64,000 nucleotides of DNA, taken from the NCBI RefSeq assembly GCF_006345805.1, contig NC_043013.1, positions 47,926,001 to 47,990,000 of the forward strand. The letters run 5' to 3'. This document shows, piece by piece, positions 1 to 12,859 of this stretch. The position numbers and the translations under genes are program-made. Position 1 is the first letter of the stretch. The number at the start of each line of letters is the position of its first letter. The notes under the pieces were generated by a model that did no database searches, was not told the origin of the DNA, and worked only from the letters and a program-made list of their open reading frames with translations. Origin of the DNA: Octopus sinensis. Lineage: Eukaryota.

Positions 1-639
1 TCCATTTAAGTATACATTTACGTAGGTGACATAATAATCAAAAAATGGTAGCACGTGATACGAAAGTATAGTCACATGTTTGTCTTTGTAAGTAGTACCA
101 GTTAACTTATTTGCCTGATTTTGTTATACATACATTATATATATATATATATATATACATAGAGAGACAGACAGACATAGGGGGAGAAAGAGTTGAAATT
201 TACAGAAAAACAAAAGACGAAGACAGGTGTACAAACAACAAGCAGGTGTATTAGTTTGACGCTCGGGAATGTGAGAGAGTCTCTTACGTCTTGAGCCTAC
301 GCTTTTCAACGGAAAAGAACACGAGGAAATAAACAGAGAGAAAATAAAAACGCTTTTGGAGTTAGCGGTCAGTCATGGTGTCAGGTTGGAAAAAGGTGGT
401 TAGATAGGAGAGCTAAGAAGAAGGGGAGATAATAAAGTACTGGTGATCCCAAAACGAAGGTGCGCGTGAGTGTGTGTATGTGAGAGTAACTGTGTGCGTG
501 TGGATAGAAGCTGGTGACTTTGACATGTGGATGTGTGCGCGTGTAAGTGTGTGTCTGTAATGTGTGGGTGGTGTGAGGATGTGGGGGTAGGGGTGGATAG
601 TGGAAGTAGGATGTGTGGGTGGGGTGTGGAAGGAGGGGT

Positions 640-3600
640 ATCAATAACGGGAGAAGGCGCGTAGGAGTGAAGAGAGCAAGTACATGTCAGAGCAAGAGAG
701 GAGAGGTGGGTAAGAGTGAAGAGAGGAAGTAGGTGTCAGATGGAGAGAGGGGAGGAGGAGAGTCAGATGAAGAAGAAAGGGGAGTTGAGCCTATGTGGCG
801 CAAAGAGCGAAGAGAGAAGATTAATTTCTATTCACGGCGAAGGCGAGTCTGGATAGCCCCTATGCAAAGACAATCCGAACGTGGACAGGCGTTGTAATGA
901 ATGACTTATGTACAGAGAAGGACAGAAAGAGCAGATGTGGAAAACGGCGTTGCTAGAAGTGCAGCTAAAGGAGGCAGTGATATGATAAGGATGATGTTGG
1001 GTGCCTGTGAGGATGGTGGTGTTGGAGAGGTAGGAGCAAGTGCGGTAGCGTGGGCAGGAGCAGGGGAACGAGCCAGGTTGGAAGGTGGGGTTAGGGAAGA
1101 AACTGTGGACCAGGACGTCACGTAGGCTGTGGGCTCATTTGAAAGAGGGAAGAGGTATGTTGGGGAAGATGTGCGAAGTGGAGGGGTCGGACTGGAGTCG
1201 CCGGAAGGCTCGGAGAATGGTACATTGGAAGGGCAGGGTGAAGGAGTAGTAGGTGAGGGTAAACGGGAGGCGGGCAACGACGGGGTGGGTTCAAGGAGAG
1301 AGAGCAGAGGCACGGTCCACGGAAGCGCTCTGGCAAGGGCGGTGTGGATAGTGGCGAGGGGATATCCACGAAGGATGAAGTGGTGAGCCATGAGTTGAGA
1401 CTGAGTCTCAAAGTCATGATTGCCACTGCAGAACCTGCGCAGACGGAGGAATTGGGAGTAGGGGATGGAGAGCTTGGTGTGGATAGGGTGGGAGGTGAAG
1501 TTGAGGTATGAATGTGAGTCAGTGTGTTTATAGTGGATGGATGTAGTGAGAGCGGAGTTGTGTGCGTTAAACGAAATGTCGAGAAAGGTAACGAAAGTGT
1601 TGGAAACGGTGGAGGAGAATACGAGGGCAGGATGGAAGGATTGGACAAAAGAAAGGAATGACTCTAGTTGTTCGCGGGAGAGCGATTTCGCACCGATACA
1701 GTCATCAATATAACGAGCGTATAGTTCGAGAGTGGGACCATTGAATCTTGAAAGTATTTGAGCCTCAATGTAGCCAACGAACAGGTTCGCATAGTTGGAG
1801 CCCATTCTTGTTCCCATGGCCACTCTCGAGATTTGTTGAAAAATCTCCCACGCGAACGAGAAGCATTTGAGGGAGAGAACAAGTTCGACCAGACGAAGTG
1901 TGGACGTGTCAGGTTTAGGGTTGGCTGGAAGGTCTAGGAAGTGTTTGAGGGCAAGAAGTCATTCGTTGTGTGGAGTCACCGTATATAGACTCTTGATATC
2001 AATAATGAAGAGAAGTTTAGAGGGACCAAGAAGGAAAGAGAAAGTGTTGAAAAGACGAAGAGCATGGTTAGTGACGTGGATGTGTGAGGGATGGGAAGCC
2101 ACGAGGGGTGGGGTAAAGGACACGATCGATGTATTTTAAGATCAGTTCCGTGGAGCAGTTACAGGCGGTACGATGGGGCGGTCAGAGTTGTTGGGCTTGT
2201 GGATTTTGAGAAAGAAGTAAAATGGTGGGGGTTGAGGTGTGTGGACAATAAGGTTGGAGATGGTGGGAGGGAATAAATGAGGTCATGGATTGTGGAGAAC
2301 ACAGTCTGTTGGTAGCTAGGCGTGGGGTTGGAGGGTAGAGGGCAGTAGAAGGAGGTGTCTTGAAGTTGGCGGAAAGCTTCAGCCTTGTAGAGGTCTGCGC
2401 CCCACACCACCACGGCTCCACCCTTGTCGACCGGTTTTATGATAATATCTTTGTGGCATCTGAGACATCTAAGGGCCGAGAGTCCGACTGGAGAGATGTT
2501 TAGATGTCAGGGACTCCTGCGAAAGTTAAACCGGTCCACACACATTGGTAGGTCCCCGCAAAATGGAACTGGCCAGGAGCTGGCGTCCAGTGGGATGGTT
2601 GGCGGTCCAGGTCGGTGAAGTAGTCCTCTGCGTTAGAGGCAGGTGGAGTGTTGTAGAATAATGCATATAGCCTGACACGGCGCACAAACCTATGGATATC
2701 AGAATGGATCTGAAATTCGTTACTGGATGGAGTGAGAAGGATGAAGTGCAGACCCCTTCTGAGAAGAGAGCGCTCCGCCTCAGAGAGAAGATCAGGAGGA
2801 ATGGTAACAACAGACTGAAGTGGGGAGGGGTAGATGGGTCAGATGTGTGAGGGGTAGTGGGGTAGGCGGCGAGCCGGCAGAAACGTTAGCATGCAGGGCG
2901 GCAATGCTTTGCAGTATTTCGTCTGCCGCTACGTTTTGAGTTCAAATTCCGCCGAGGTCGACTTTACCTTTCATCCTTTCGGGGTCGATTAAATAAGTAC
3001 CAGTTACGCACTGGGATCGATGCAATCGACTTAATCCGTTTGTCAGTCCTTGTTTGTCCTCTCTGTATTTAGCCCCTTGTGGGTAGTAAAGAAATAGGTA
3101 GTGGGGTAGTGGAAGGCTGGGAGGAGAGAAAGGAGGGGTATGTGTGGGGTTGGAATAACGGAAGAGTTGGAGGTGAGGATGAGAGAGAAGCGTATTGGGG
3201 AGGAGTTGGAGGGCAGTGAGTGTGACGGAATGAAGTTGTGGAGCTTACGTTGTTTAGTGCGAGCGAGAAATTCGTAGAAGAGATGACTTAAATGGATTAT
3301 GTAGCGTAGAGTAGAATGTGCATAGGAAGGTGAAAGAGAGAACAAAAAGATGGAATAGACGAGAGGGAAAAGCGGTCGAGGATGTGTATTTTGGAGAGAC
3401 TGGAACGAATGGTGGCACGCATAAGGCAGTAGGATGTAGTATGGAGTATGGGTAGGATGGCAGAAGGAATGTGGGGTGGAAATGGAGGCGGATAGCTTTG
3501 GGAATGAGGTGGTGGTGAAGGCAGCGACTGAGAAATGAAATGTTGCTAGAGAACTGTTTTTTTTTTTTTTGAAAATTAGTAGGGAACGATTAACAGAGGG

Positions 3601-3738
3601 TTCAAAGTAGCAGATAGGAAGTGTGGAAAGGTGTTTCTTTAGGCGGTGGTGAATGTGGAGGAGAAAGGATTTGTAATCGTGCACGATTGAAAATGGAGAA
3701 AAAAAAAGGAATGAGAGTCCGGCTGGGGAGATGAGCAC
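640..3738 (-). mobile_element. Decayed Penelope-like retroelement (N-terminal domain, RT, GIY-YIG remnant), interrupted by a SINE
   Basis: ORF 906-1823 has AMGTRMGSNYANLFVG, YARYIDD, FLDI and YKHTDSHSYL, which are PLE-type RT motifs. Upstream minus-strand frames give TIDIKSLYT and LYKAEAFRQLQDTSFY. A degenerate SSNAVFHIC..CPSLYI endonuclease motif lies near 900-970. Multiple stops and frameshifts. Confidence 0.85.
2866..3096 (+). mobile_element. tRNA-derived SINE family B (left monomer) inserted in the PLE with a 13-bp TSD
   Basis: Head ggcggcgagccggcagaaacg with a B-box-like gagttcaaattcc. Central cctttcatcctttcggggtcgattaaataagtacc resembles the Meta-SINE domain as I recall it. ggtagtggggtag flanks it at 2853-2865 and 3097-3109. 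Confidence 0.85.
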
Positions 3739-3854
3739 TCATTTTATACTCAAAGTATGGAGTATAAAAGTTCAAAAAATTCGAAAGGCATGAGAAGAAA
3801 ATTCAAAAGGCAGCAGGAGAAGAAAAATAAAAAATAAAGAAGAGAAGGCTACCA

Positions 3855-4002
3855 TTGGTTTCATATAAAGAAAAAAATATCCTAATATCTTAGTAATTTT
3901 TCAAGCCGATCACATGGATGAATTGTCTTTGTCTCCATTTTGGATGAAAACACCTAGAAAAATTCTTAAGATGTTAAGATATTTTTCTTAACACGAAACC
4001 AA
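3855..4002. repeat. Small element with ~40-bp imperfect terminal inverted repeats (MITE-like)
   Basis: ttggtttcatataaagaaaaaaatatcctaatatcttag at the left is approximately the reverse complement of cttaagatgttaagatatttttcttaacacgaaaccaa at the right. Confidence 0.4.
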
Positions 4003-4101
4003 CGTTAAAGAAGTTTTATCCATCAATGCAATGATGAGCACTCATTTTCATTGTTCCAAATTTACGTGTATATATATACATATACATATACATATACATA
4101 T

Positions 4102-4153
<52 letters not shown>

Positions 4154-4228
4154 TAAATTAATTTTATGTATTGGCTTATGTTTTTCCTTGTTTGATTTGC
4201 CTAATAGTGGTTTTATCTCTAATTTATT

Positions 4229-4264
<36 letters not shown>

Positions 4265-6384
4265 CATGTACGTATGTATACGCATCAGCTCTAACTAAAG
4301 GGAATCGTCAGTCGGCCTCATGCTCCCAGCGGACAAACTGGTAAAAACGTTTCCCTGAAGGAAAGAAACGTTGAGGGAGATGCGCTGGAACAACCACTCC
4401 GACTCACAGAACTCGCACTACTTGCAGATAGTCATCTCTGCTCCGGTGACAATGAACAGGGATGTCTTCCGGGGTTCAAGAACGCCAGCAGTCTCCGCTG
4501 CCACAGGTTCGACCATAAAATCTGTCCGAGAACAGCCGATACGTTGACATTTCTTTCCTCTCTCCTTGACAAACAGCATAGCCTGGGCTGGCAGCAGAAC
4601 ACACCAGGTTACCGAACGAAAAGTTTGAAAAACTAGAATTTTTTAGAAAATGTTTTAGCTCCACTTAACTCTATGATATTCCTGAAGAAAGCGTCCCAAA
4701 GAATTTTTCCAATATCATCCTATGTTATTATCTAACCAGTGAGTATTTTTAACTGAAATAACTATATATTCTGTCAGACATTCAAAGATGTGGTAGGTAT
4801 ACGTAAACCTTCCTTTACTTTTCTTGACAAAAATCATCTTCAACTTTAATTACATTTCTCTTCATTCGTTTTCATCGATTTAACATTTAGTGGGGAATTT
4901 CTTATCGACCATTGCGCAAAACTAGTAAGAATGAAATAAGGCCTACCATATGGAAGACAGTTGTTCACAGAAATATTAAACTTGAACATTACACAAAAGC
5001 ACCGCCATTTTTTAATTCACGGTAACAAAATAAATTGTAGACAAAAATCACGCGAAGAAAACACCTACAATAAGAGACTAGCAACAACAACAAACCAGCC
5101 GACATCCACAATATCTCCGAAAAGGAAAATTAGTAACAGCTGTAATTAATTTAGACGCCATTATTAAATCTTCCCAGACTACTATTGATGAAGTGCTCTA
5201 ATTAAGGAGAACTATAATCACCTTAAAACAATACATTTTGGAATCCAAATTTCATTTACGTCACTAGTATCACTGGGAAATATATTTTCGTATAATAACG
5301 GGTTATATTTTTCATATCGCATAAGACAATGTATTGCTAATGATAATGTCCGTTATCTTAGTGATAACGTTGTTGTTGTAGGAGCTGTTGTTTAGTTCTA
5401 GAGTTAACTAATGATCAAAGTTGTTCCAGCTATTATCATCTGTCTCTGGTAGCGTGTAGGAGTTCATATGCAAATATCTTTTGACCAAAAACCTGCTGAG
5501 GACAACAGCATAAACTGTATGAACACTGGAGTATAGAGATAAAAGCTACATTTTTTCATAAGCTTTACCTTTGTCTTTTGCTTATTGACAAATGCTGGTC
5601 GCGTTGAAAAATGGCATCTTCACAAATTAAATAACAAATCTGTTTTAGATGATTGCAGATTGATATGGAAATTTACAAAGCACATATTGCCTCAACTCCG
5701 AGTATTTCTTTGGGTTTATCAGCATGTCTGTAACAGATGAAACTCTATAGCGCGTGTCCCTTACATAGGCCATTTCTCTAGTCAAGATGTTTTAACAATG
5801 TCATCAGAGCTTCTATTTCTATTTCGCAGTGTGAAGTGACACACTACTGATGGTAAGAGAATTAAGGAAGTTTAGAAGTTAGAGAGCTGTCGTTTGTCAT
5901 GAGTAACAGAGTCAACTCTTCCTGGAAGTTTTTGAATAACTTCACTGTTTAGCCTTCCAACTCCACTCTTTTCTTCTGTATTAACAATACCTATCTATGA
6001 AACACATTGTTTACATCGATGGGTTTCATCACATTCAACAGCATGGTGCTTTTGTTGAAATGAAACCTGAAAAAATTATTCTCAAAATATTCGTATTATA
6101 TCTGATTAAGATTTTTCTTCGCAAAAAAATAAAGTGAGAAGAAAATCAGCGGTGTCAATATTTACTGAATTCTGTCTTCACTAAGTATTACAACAACCGA
6201 TTGTTAAGATACATTATACATTGCTAGTATACTGCTGCAAGGAAAGTGGTAGAAATGCTATTTTTAGCATGAAGGCAATCTAGAGGTCTCATATGAGTAT
6301 TACGACTAAAGGTAAAGATTCATTCAAATATTCATTAATAATGAAATTCCACTGCGCTTCTTATATTGCGGAAAGTGTCAGGCG

Positions 6385-7553
6385 AATTCATCTCATCTTT
6401 CAGTAATTGATTAAGCGCTTCAAACAGATGACAGTGGCACATTGATGACTCATGCCAAGCTATCAGCAGAACATCACGAAGTAAATGCCTACTACCGTTT
6501 GGTGGAAAGACTTTTCAAGATGAATTTGAATTTGCAATATCAGTAGCTTGAAACCTGAATATGCAAGTGCAGCCCAGCTTCAATATTGTTTCAAAAATAT
6601 CAGATACTGTTGTAACAAGGGCCATATGGGGATTTTTTTTTCACACGTACATCATCATAAATCCATTTTCATTACTGTCTTCTTTAAAGGTTACAAACGT
6701 GGAGCTTTGGATATAATTAAGCAAATAGATAGACTCATTATGATAAGTGTCAGTATTAGGATCAGTCATATCTTCATCAACAGGATCGTGATTATTCTAA
6801 GCCAATAATTTGCAGAGGATAGACCGAAAAATACTACATTTCGTTCCGAATTGGTAAATTCACTATATCTTACAACGCTAGCATCTGTTAAATTTTTATG
6901 TCGCGTTTGATGCATGCAATATACTAAAAAAAAAAATAGATCGGAAAAACATGTTACACAACACTAACTGTAGTACATCGACAAATATATTTCTAACATC
7001 TCTCTCTCTCTTTCTCTTTTCTCTTTTACTTGTTTCAGTCATTTGACTGCGGCCATGCTGGAGCACCGCCTTTAATCGAGCAACTCGACCCCGGGACTTA
7101 TTCTTTGTAAGCCCAGTACTTATTCTATCGGTCTCTTTTTTGCCGAACCGCTAAGTGACGGGGACGTAAACACACCAGCATCGGTTGTCAAGCAATGCTA
7201 GGGGAACAAACACAGACACACAAACACACACACATATATATATATACATATATACGACAGGCTTCTTTCAGTTTCCGTCTACCAAATCCACTCACAAGGC
7301 ATTGGTCGGCCCGGAGCTATAGCAGAAGACACTTGACCAAGATGCCACGCAGTGGGACTGAACCCGGAACCCTAACATAAGAATACGAAGTTATGCAGGC
7401 AATGTTCCTATCTTTAATCACGGTTCTAAAAGATCCATCATCAGGATATGCATGCTTATATTTTTCACTGGCAACATTTTTAACAGTAAGCTGGTCATTA
7501 AAATTTGTAGCAGCTGCATTATGCTGAAGCAATAACTTTAGATAAAACAGCTC
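6385..7553 (-). mobile_element. Helitron Rep/helicase remnant
   Basis: Minus-strand ELFYLKLLLQHNAAATNFNDQLTVKNV (7437-7553) resembles the Helitron YLRLLL..V.GATSF.DL.TV motif. LLRDVLLIAWHESSMCHCHLFEALNQLLKDEMN (6385-6490) resembles the PIF1-type helicase IIWDEASM.HK..FEA.D.LL.DIM motif. The two occur in the expected order, and a SINE interrupts the interval. Confidence 0.6.
7021..7371 (-). mobile_element. SINE family A, lacking part of the head
   Basis: Reverse complement of the 7784-8197 copy, with tail ctcttttacttgtttcagtcatttgactgcggccatgctggagcaccgcc. Confidence 0.9.
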
Positions 7554-7783
7554 TCTATGGAGGATTAACATGATAATTTGTTTGGCTGAGAAATATATTG
7601 GCAAGCATTCAACAGCATGATGTCTTTGTTGAAGTGAAAACTGAAAATATCTTCAGCAAGCATCAGATACTCCAATATTTCCATATTTTAAAATTTCATC
7701 AGATTGATTTCATTACTGACCTGAAGACGTACATAATTTCCTACTCCCTCCCTCTGCAATAATATTTAAAATAATCAACATAA

Positions 7784-8197
7784 GGCGCAGGAGTGGCTGT
7801 GTGGTAAGTAGCTTGCTAACCAACCACATGGTTCCGGGTTGAGTCCCACTGTGTGGCATCTTGGGCAAGTGTCTTCTGCTATAGCTTCGGGCCGACCAAT
7901 GCCTTGTGAGTGGATTTGGTAGACGGAAAACTGAAAGAAGCCTGTCGTATATATGTATATATATATATATGTATGTGTGTGTGTTTGTGTGTCTGTGTTT
8001 GTCCCCCTAGCATTGCTTGATAACCGATGCTGGTGTGTTTACGTCCCCGTCACTTAGCGGTTCGGCAAAAAGAGACCGATAGAATAAGTACTGGGCTTAC
8101 AAAAAGAATAAGTCCCGGGGTCGAGTTGCTCGACTAAAGGCGGTGCTCCAGCATGGCCGCAGTCAAATGACTGAAACAAGTAAAAGAGTAAAGAGTA
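7784..8197 (+). mobile_element. Full-length SINE family A (tRNA-like head, conserved central domain, internal TA/TG microsatellite, RTE-like 3' tail with taaaagag repeats)
   Basis: ggcgcaggagtggctgtgtggtaag...ccgggttgagtccc gives A/B-box-like motifs. The central gtgagtggatttggtagacggaaaactgaaagaagcc is shared by more than 8 copies in the window. Confidence 0.9.
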
Positions 8198-8492
8198 TAA
8201 CTCAAAATATCCTTATGCAGATATTTTACTTCCATAATTTAGGTACATCACTCAATATCAATATGCTTAGCAACGATGGATTATTAAGTGAATAATGCAA
8301 CGATTTATCAACAACCAATATTTAATTTTCCAATACATCGGGATGTCTTCGGTTCGTTTTTTTTCTCTTTCTGGTCACTTTGGAATTACAGGTGAAAATC
8401 GTAGAAACACAGACTTACCAAACATATCTACGATAGCCGTTGTGTTTTCATAATACCTGGCCATGCATTTGGGACTATTTGACAGTATATAT

Positions 8493-8495
<3 letters not shown>

Positions 8496-8565
<70 letters not shown>

Positions 8566-9325
8566 GTTTGTGTGTATGTGTGTGTGTGTGAGTGCGTGCG
8601 TGTGCGTGTGTTGGTTTGGAAGAAGAGGAGAAAGAAGTGGAAGAGGAGACGGCAAAGAAGAAAGAGAAGGAAGAAGTGGAGGAGGCGGAAGGAGAGGGGA
8701 GGAAGAAGAAGTAGAAGAGAAGAAAAAGGAGAAGGAGGAGGAGGAAGAGGACAAAGAGGAAGAGGTGAAGGAGGAAGAAGTGGAAGAGGAGGAGAAGCAG
8801 GAAGAGGAAAAAAGGGAGGAGGAAAAAGAAGAGGAGGTAGAAGACGAAGAGGAGGAGGGAGAAGTAGAGGAGGAAGAAGACGAAGAGAAAGAAAAGGAGG
8901 GAGAGAAGGAAGAAGAGATTGAAGAGGAGGAGGAGGAGAAAGAAGAGGAGGAGGAGGAAGAGGACGGGAGGAGAAGGAGTGTGGGAAGAGGAGAGAGAGG
9001 GGAAGTAGAAAAGAAAGAGCAGGAAGAGGAGGTAAAGTAGGAGGATGAGTAAAAGAGTAGGAGGAAGAGAAAGATGAAGAAGAAAAGGAGAAGGAAGGGG
9101 AATAAGAGTAGGAGGAAGGGGAAATAAAGAAGAAACGGAGAAGAAAGAAGAAGAGTAAGGAGGAGGGAGAGAAAAAGTGTAGGTGGAAGTGGAGGAACAA
9201 AGAAGGAGGAAGTGGAGCTGGAGGTAAAGGTAAGGTAGAGATAAGGAGGTAGAGGATGCAGAGGAAAGGAAGGAGGAGCAACGGGGGGATTAGAAGGAGA
9301 AATAGGACCAAAATGAGGAAAAGAT

Positions 9326-9374
<49 letters not shown>

Positions 9375-9790
9375 AGTAGTAATAATAGTAGTAGTAGTAG
9401 TGGTGGTAGTAGTAGTAGTAGTAGGAGGAGGAGGAGGAGGAGGAGGAGGAGAGGGAGGCGGGAGGGGAGGTGGAGGGGACGAAGAGGACAACGACGAGGA
9501 GAAGGAGGAAGAGGAGGACAAGGACGATGAGGAGGAAGAAGGAGGACAAGGAGGTGGAAGAAGGAGGACAAGTACAAGGAAGAGGAGGACAAGTACAAGG
9601 AGGAGGAGGACAAGGAGGTGGAAGAAGGAGGAGGAGGAGGGCAAGGACGGGGAAGGGGGAGGGAGGAAGAGGAGGACGACGACGGCGGTGAGGAGGACGA
9701 GGAGGAAAAGAGGGAAAAAAGCAAGAATTAAAGGAAGAAAAAGCATGAAATAAGAAAGAAACGAGAAATGGGAAACGCAAAATGGAGGAG
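8496..9790. repeat. (GT)n followed by a purine-rich GA/GGA/GTA low-complexity tract
   Basis: Directly visible. It accounts for the spurious long ORFs at 8428-9800. Confidence 0.95.
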
Positions 9791-10345
9791 ATAAAAACAA
9801 TTAGGCACGTGGAAGTGTGGTAGAGGAAAGAAAATGGAGAAACGAATGTAAGATCCTATTAAAGATAGAAAGAGAAAGCAAAAGCTTTAAAAAAAGGAAG
9901 GAAGAAAGGGGAAGGAGTTAAGGGGAATTGCGTGGAACGCGATGAGCTTGGTCACATTTGTAGAACCAGTGACTTGTAAAGAGGGAAAAGTAAATGCTCA
10001 TACGCATCTACTAATAGGTACTTATACATTCGCATAGATAAATGTACCCCACCCCATATATATGTATGTATATATGTGTGTGTGTGCGTGTGTGTCTGTG
10101 TGTATCTGTGTCTGTGTCTCTGTGCGCGCGTGTGTGTGTGTGTGTGTGTGTGTATCACGCCTCATGGAATGAATGGTTGTACTAAAATCCACCTGATGTC
10201 CATGAATATTACAGATTGTACCGTAATCGTCCCAGGAACACAGATGACGATCGTAGGAAAGCTGATTTGTGGAAACGCGCGTGACGGTTCATTAAAATAT
10301 TCATAAATTCCAACTATGAATTATTGTCATTACGGGGACATAAAC

Positions 10346-10798
10346 AAATCAACACTGGTTGTCAAACAGTGACGGAGACAGACACACACACACATATATA
10401 CACGCACACAGACATATACATACATACAAACACACACATACATACATACATACAAACATACATACATACATACATACATACATACATACATACATACATA
10501 CATACATACATACATACATACATACATACATAGGTATAAACATACATACATACATACGTACATACATACGGCAGGTTTCTTTTTTTCAGTTTCCGTCTAC
10601 CAAATGCCCACACAAGGTTTTGATCAGCCAGGGTATATAGCAGAAAACAGTTACCAAGGTGCCCAGCTGTGGGACTGAACAAGAAGCCATGTAGTTGGGC
10701 TTCCATACAGTTTCCATAGTAGAAGACATTCAGCATGATTAAACTTGAAACTACATGGTTGCAAAGTAAGTTTCTTAACCACACAGCTATGCCTGCGT
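10346..10798 (-). mobile_element. Diverged SINE family A with an expanded (TACA)n
   Basis: tttcagtttccgtctaccaaat and ttaaccacacagctatgcctgcg match family A in reverse. Confidence 0.75.
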
Positions 10799-10814
10799 CC
10801 ATGTAAATAATATC

Positions 10815-11870
10815 ATCTATTTTCTCCACAAATGCTGGAAGGTTGATTTTAGCTTATGCTTACGATTTACTATCTACCTGCTTTGGTATCGTTACCGCTA
10901 CAAAAACCAATTAATATAACTATGTTTTGGATTTTAGGAAGGAAATGTATTTTGCTTAGCAATATGGAAAATTTTTATTTCTCATTAATAAAGGTATTGT
11001 TATGGACACGAATACTATTCTTGACCGAATTGTCCATCCGATATGAAAGCATGTACTACTGTCAGTATTAACAACACACTTGTTCAACAAGTTCGCATGA
11101 GCACAATCTCCATCAAGAGGACAGTTCTTCTTAGATTTACAGTTACATCTTTCTGCGATGGAGTCTGAACGATAGTTTAAAAGTCCTAGCATTTGTGCTA
11201 TGTAGCTCGAATGTACTTACTTCGTTGGCTTGTATACGTTATATGTTAGCAGTAGGAATTGAGGTTAGGTTATCAATTTCGATATTGCTCCAGTTTATAG
11301 TTGTGTTGTTAGATAACCCTGTCTAGATTTTCATCATAGCAACCTTACCCGTCTAAACTTTAGTCGTAGGCTGAGAATAATGAGAAACTATATTAGACTC
11401 TTGTTTAAGTACAGGTTAAACGCAGTAATACTTTCTTTTTTTTTTCAGATAAAGGCTGCTATAATTGTTTCTAAGGTGGCTTGTAACGGGAGATGAGAAT
11501 TTAATTTTGTTTCTATTAAAATTCCGTAGTATTTGTGAAAGTTCATTCCAAACATTCATAAGACTTTCGAAATCAAAGATTTGATATTTTGAGAGGATTA
11601 TGTCAGCAGATTTGACGCTTACTACTTTTTTTGGTACAACTATTAGTTGGACATGTCCCAGTTTTCCATTTCATAATAGAAACGTTGATGTTCTTGAAAT
11701 TACCAGATCTAGTTTCCTTCTTCTTTGCTAATCGATTAAAACTGCTCTTATTTTAGTGGTGTAGGTACCCTGTCTAGCTCTAGTGCTATTAGTTTAAGTA
11801 AATTTATGTGAGTTGCCTTAGTGTTGGTATTTGACTTAATTTTATTACAGCTTAACGTATTCGTCGTATT
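10815..11870 (-). mobile_element. PLE 3' half remnant (RT thumb/linker and GIY-YIG region)
   Basis: Minus-strand EFNRNKIKFSSPVTSHLETII and RCNCKSKKNCPLDGDCAHANLLNKCVVNTDSSTCFHIGWT resemble the PLE IFNRN.VK.SYS and CNC...CPL.G.C...YIG motifs. Confidence 0.7.
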
Positions 11871-11974
11871 CACAGAATTCCGATTAGTGTTAACGTAGGG
11901 TGCTCGTTTAAACTGCATGTTGTCAATGTAGGAAACCGTATCCTTAGAACCACTCGTTTAAAGGCCTCATTATA

Positions 11975-12190
11975 TCGCAGAGAGATGTAACTGTAAATCT
12001 AAGAGGAACTGTCCTCTTGATGGAGATTGTGCTCATGCGAACTTGTTGAACAAGTGTGTTGTTAATACTGATAATAGTACATGCTTTCATATCGGATGGA
12101 CAATTCGGTCAAGAATAGTATTCGTGTCCATAACAATACCTTTATTAATGAGAAATAAAAATTTTCCATATTGCTACGCAAAATGCATTA
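11975..12190 (+). repeat. Inverted copy of 10944-11159 (PLE endonuclease segment)
   Basis: Near-identical reverse complement with only a few substitutions. Confidence 0.9.
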
Positions 12191-12806
12191 TAATATATAG
12201 CAGTATTTGTTATTAGCAATAAAGGCTAGAAACCCATATAGAAATATTTATATCTAAACTATTCCTAACGGAATGCGGGAGATTGGATATGTGTCAATGC
12301 TCCGACTTATCATTTGAAATCCAGTAAATTTGCGGCCTTTATTTCCTTTTCAAATAAGATAGATAAGTTAAAATTTTGGAAAAATATATCAATAATTTCT
12401 TTACTGTTTGAAAGGAAGAAGGGGCGTGATTACACACTGCTGGTAGAAAAGTATCATTCGGTAGAAACCTCCACCGATTTTGGAGAGTTCGTGTAATTTT
12501 TTTCCGAAAAATAACTTATAAATGAGGGCAAACGAAATTTAACCTTTAAAGGTATTTTTTAATATGCTGGCCATTGATCATTTTTTTTTCGGAAAAAAAC
12601 ATTATCCTCCATTAAATATAATTTTGATAGTGTTCACTGCCGGACTCTCTCACTCTGTGAGAGCCTCATTTCAAATCGCACGTGTCTTGAACGGATTGAA
12701 GTATTTCTATTTTGGATGTATTTGGGGTACTTAATTGTGATCATGACTTAGTATTTACTTCTTCCATGGGTATGAGTAAGTATCTCATTTATTTCTTTGC
12801 CACATT

Positions 12807-12859
12807 TATCACTGACGAAGGGAGGGTTCTTACGAACTAACCCTGAAATCGGTCCGATA
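12807..12859 (+). ncRNA. Minimal type I hammerhead ribozyme motif (PLE pLTR type)
   Basis: CUGACGA (12812-18), stem II AGGG/CCCU, GAAA (12845-48), short stem III AUCGGU, GUC triplet (12852-54), weak stem I tatca/cgata. Confidence 0.6.

Noticed and set aside
3731-4048. 15-bp direct repeat atgagcactcatttt (3731-3745, 4034-4048) as the TSD of a 290-bp insertion
   Set aside because: The enclosed sequence has no recognisable element ends at those boundaries. It may be real but is unsupported.
4290-4680. GC-richer island that looks like decayed coding sequence (similar at 16200-17100, 34650-35150 and 36000-36360)
   Set aside because: No frame gave a motif I could recognise. It is left unassigned, and a translated search against Repbase/Dfam would be needed.
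6495-6515. Plus-strand LPFGGK as a Helitron helicase motif
   Set aside because: It lies on the strand opposite to the other Helitron motifs, so it is treated as coincidence or a local rearrangement.
8428-9800. Long ORFs of up to 441 aa on both strands
   Set aside because: They are translations of GA/GGA/GTA/GT simple repeats that lack stops by composition, with no domain-like sequence.
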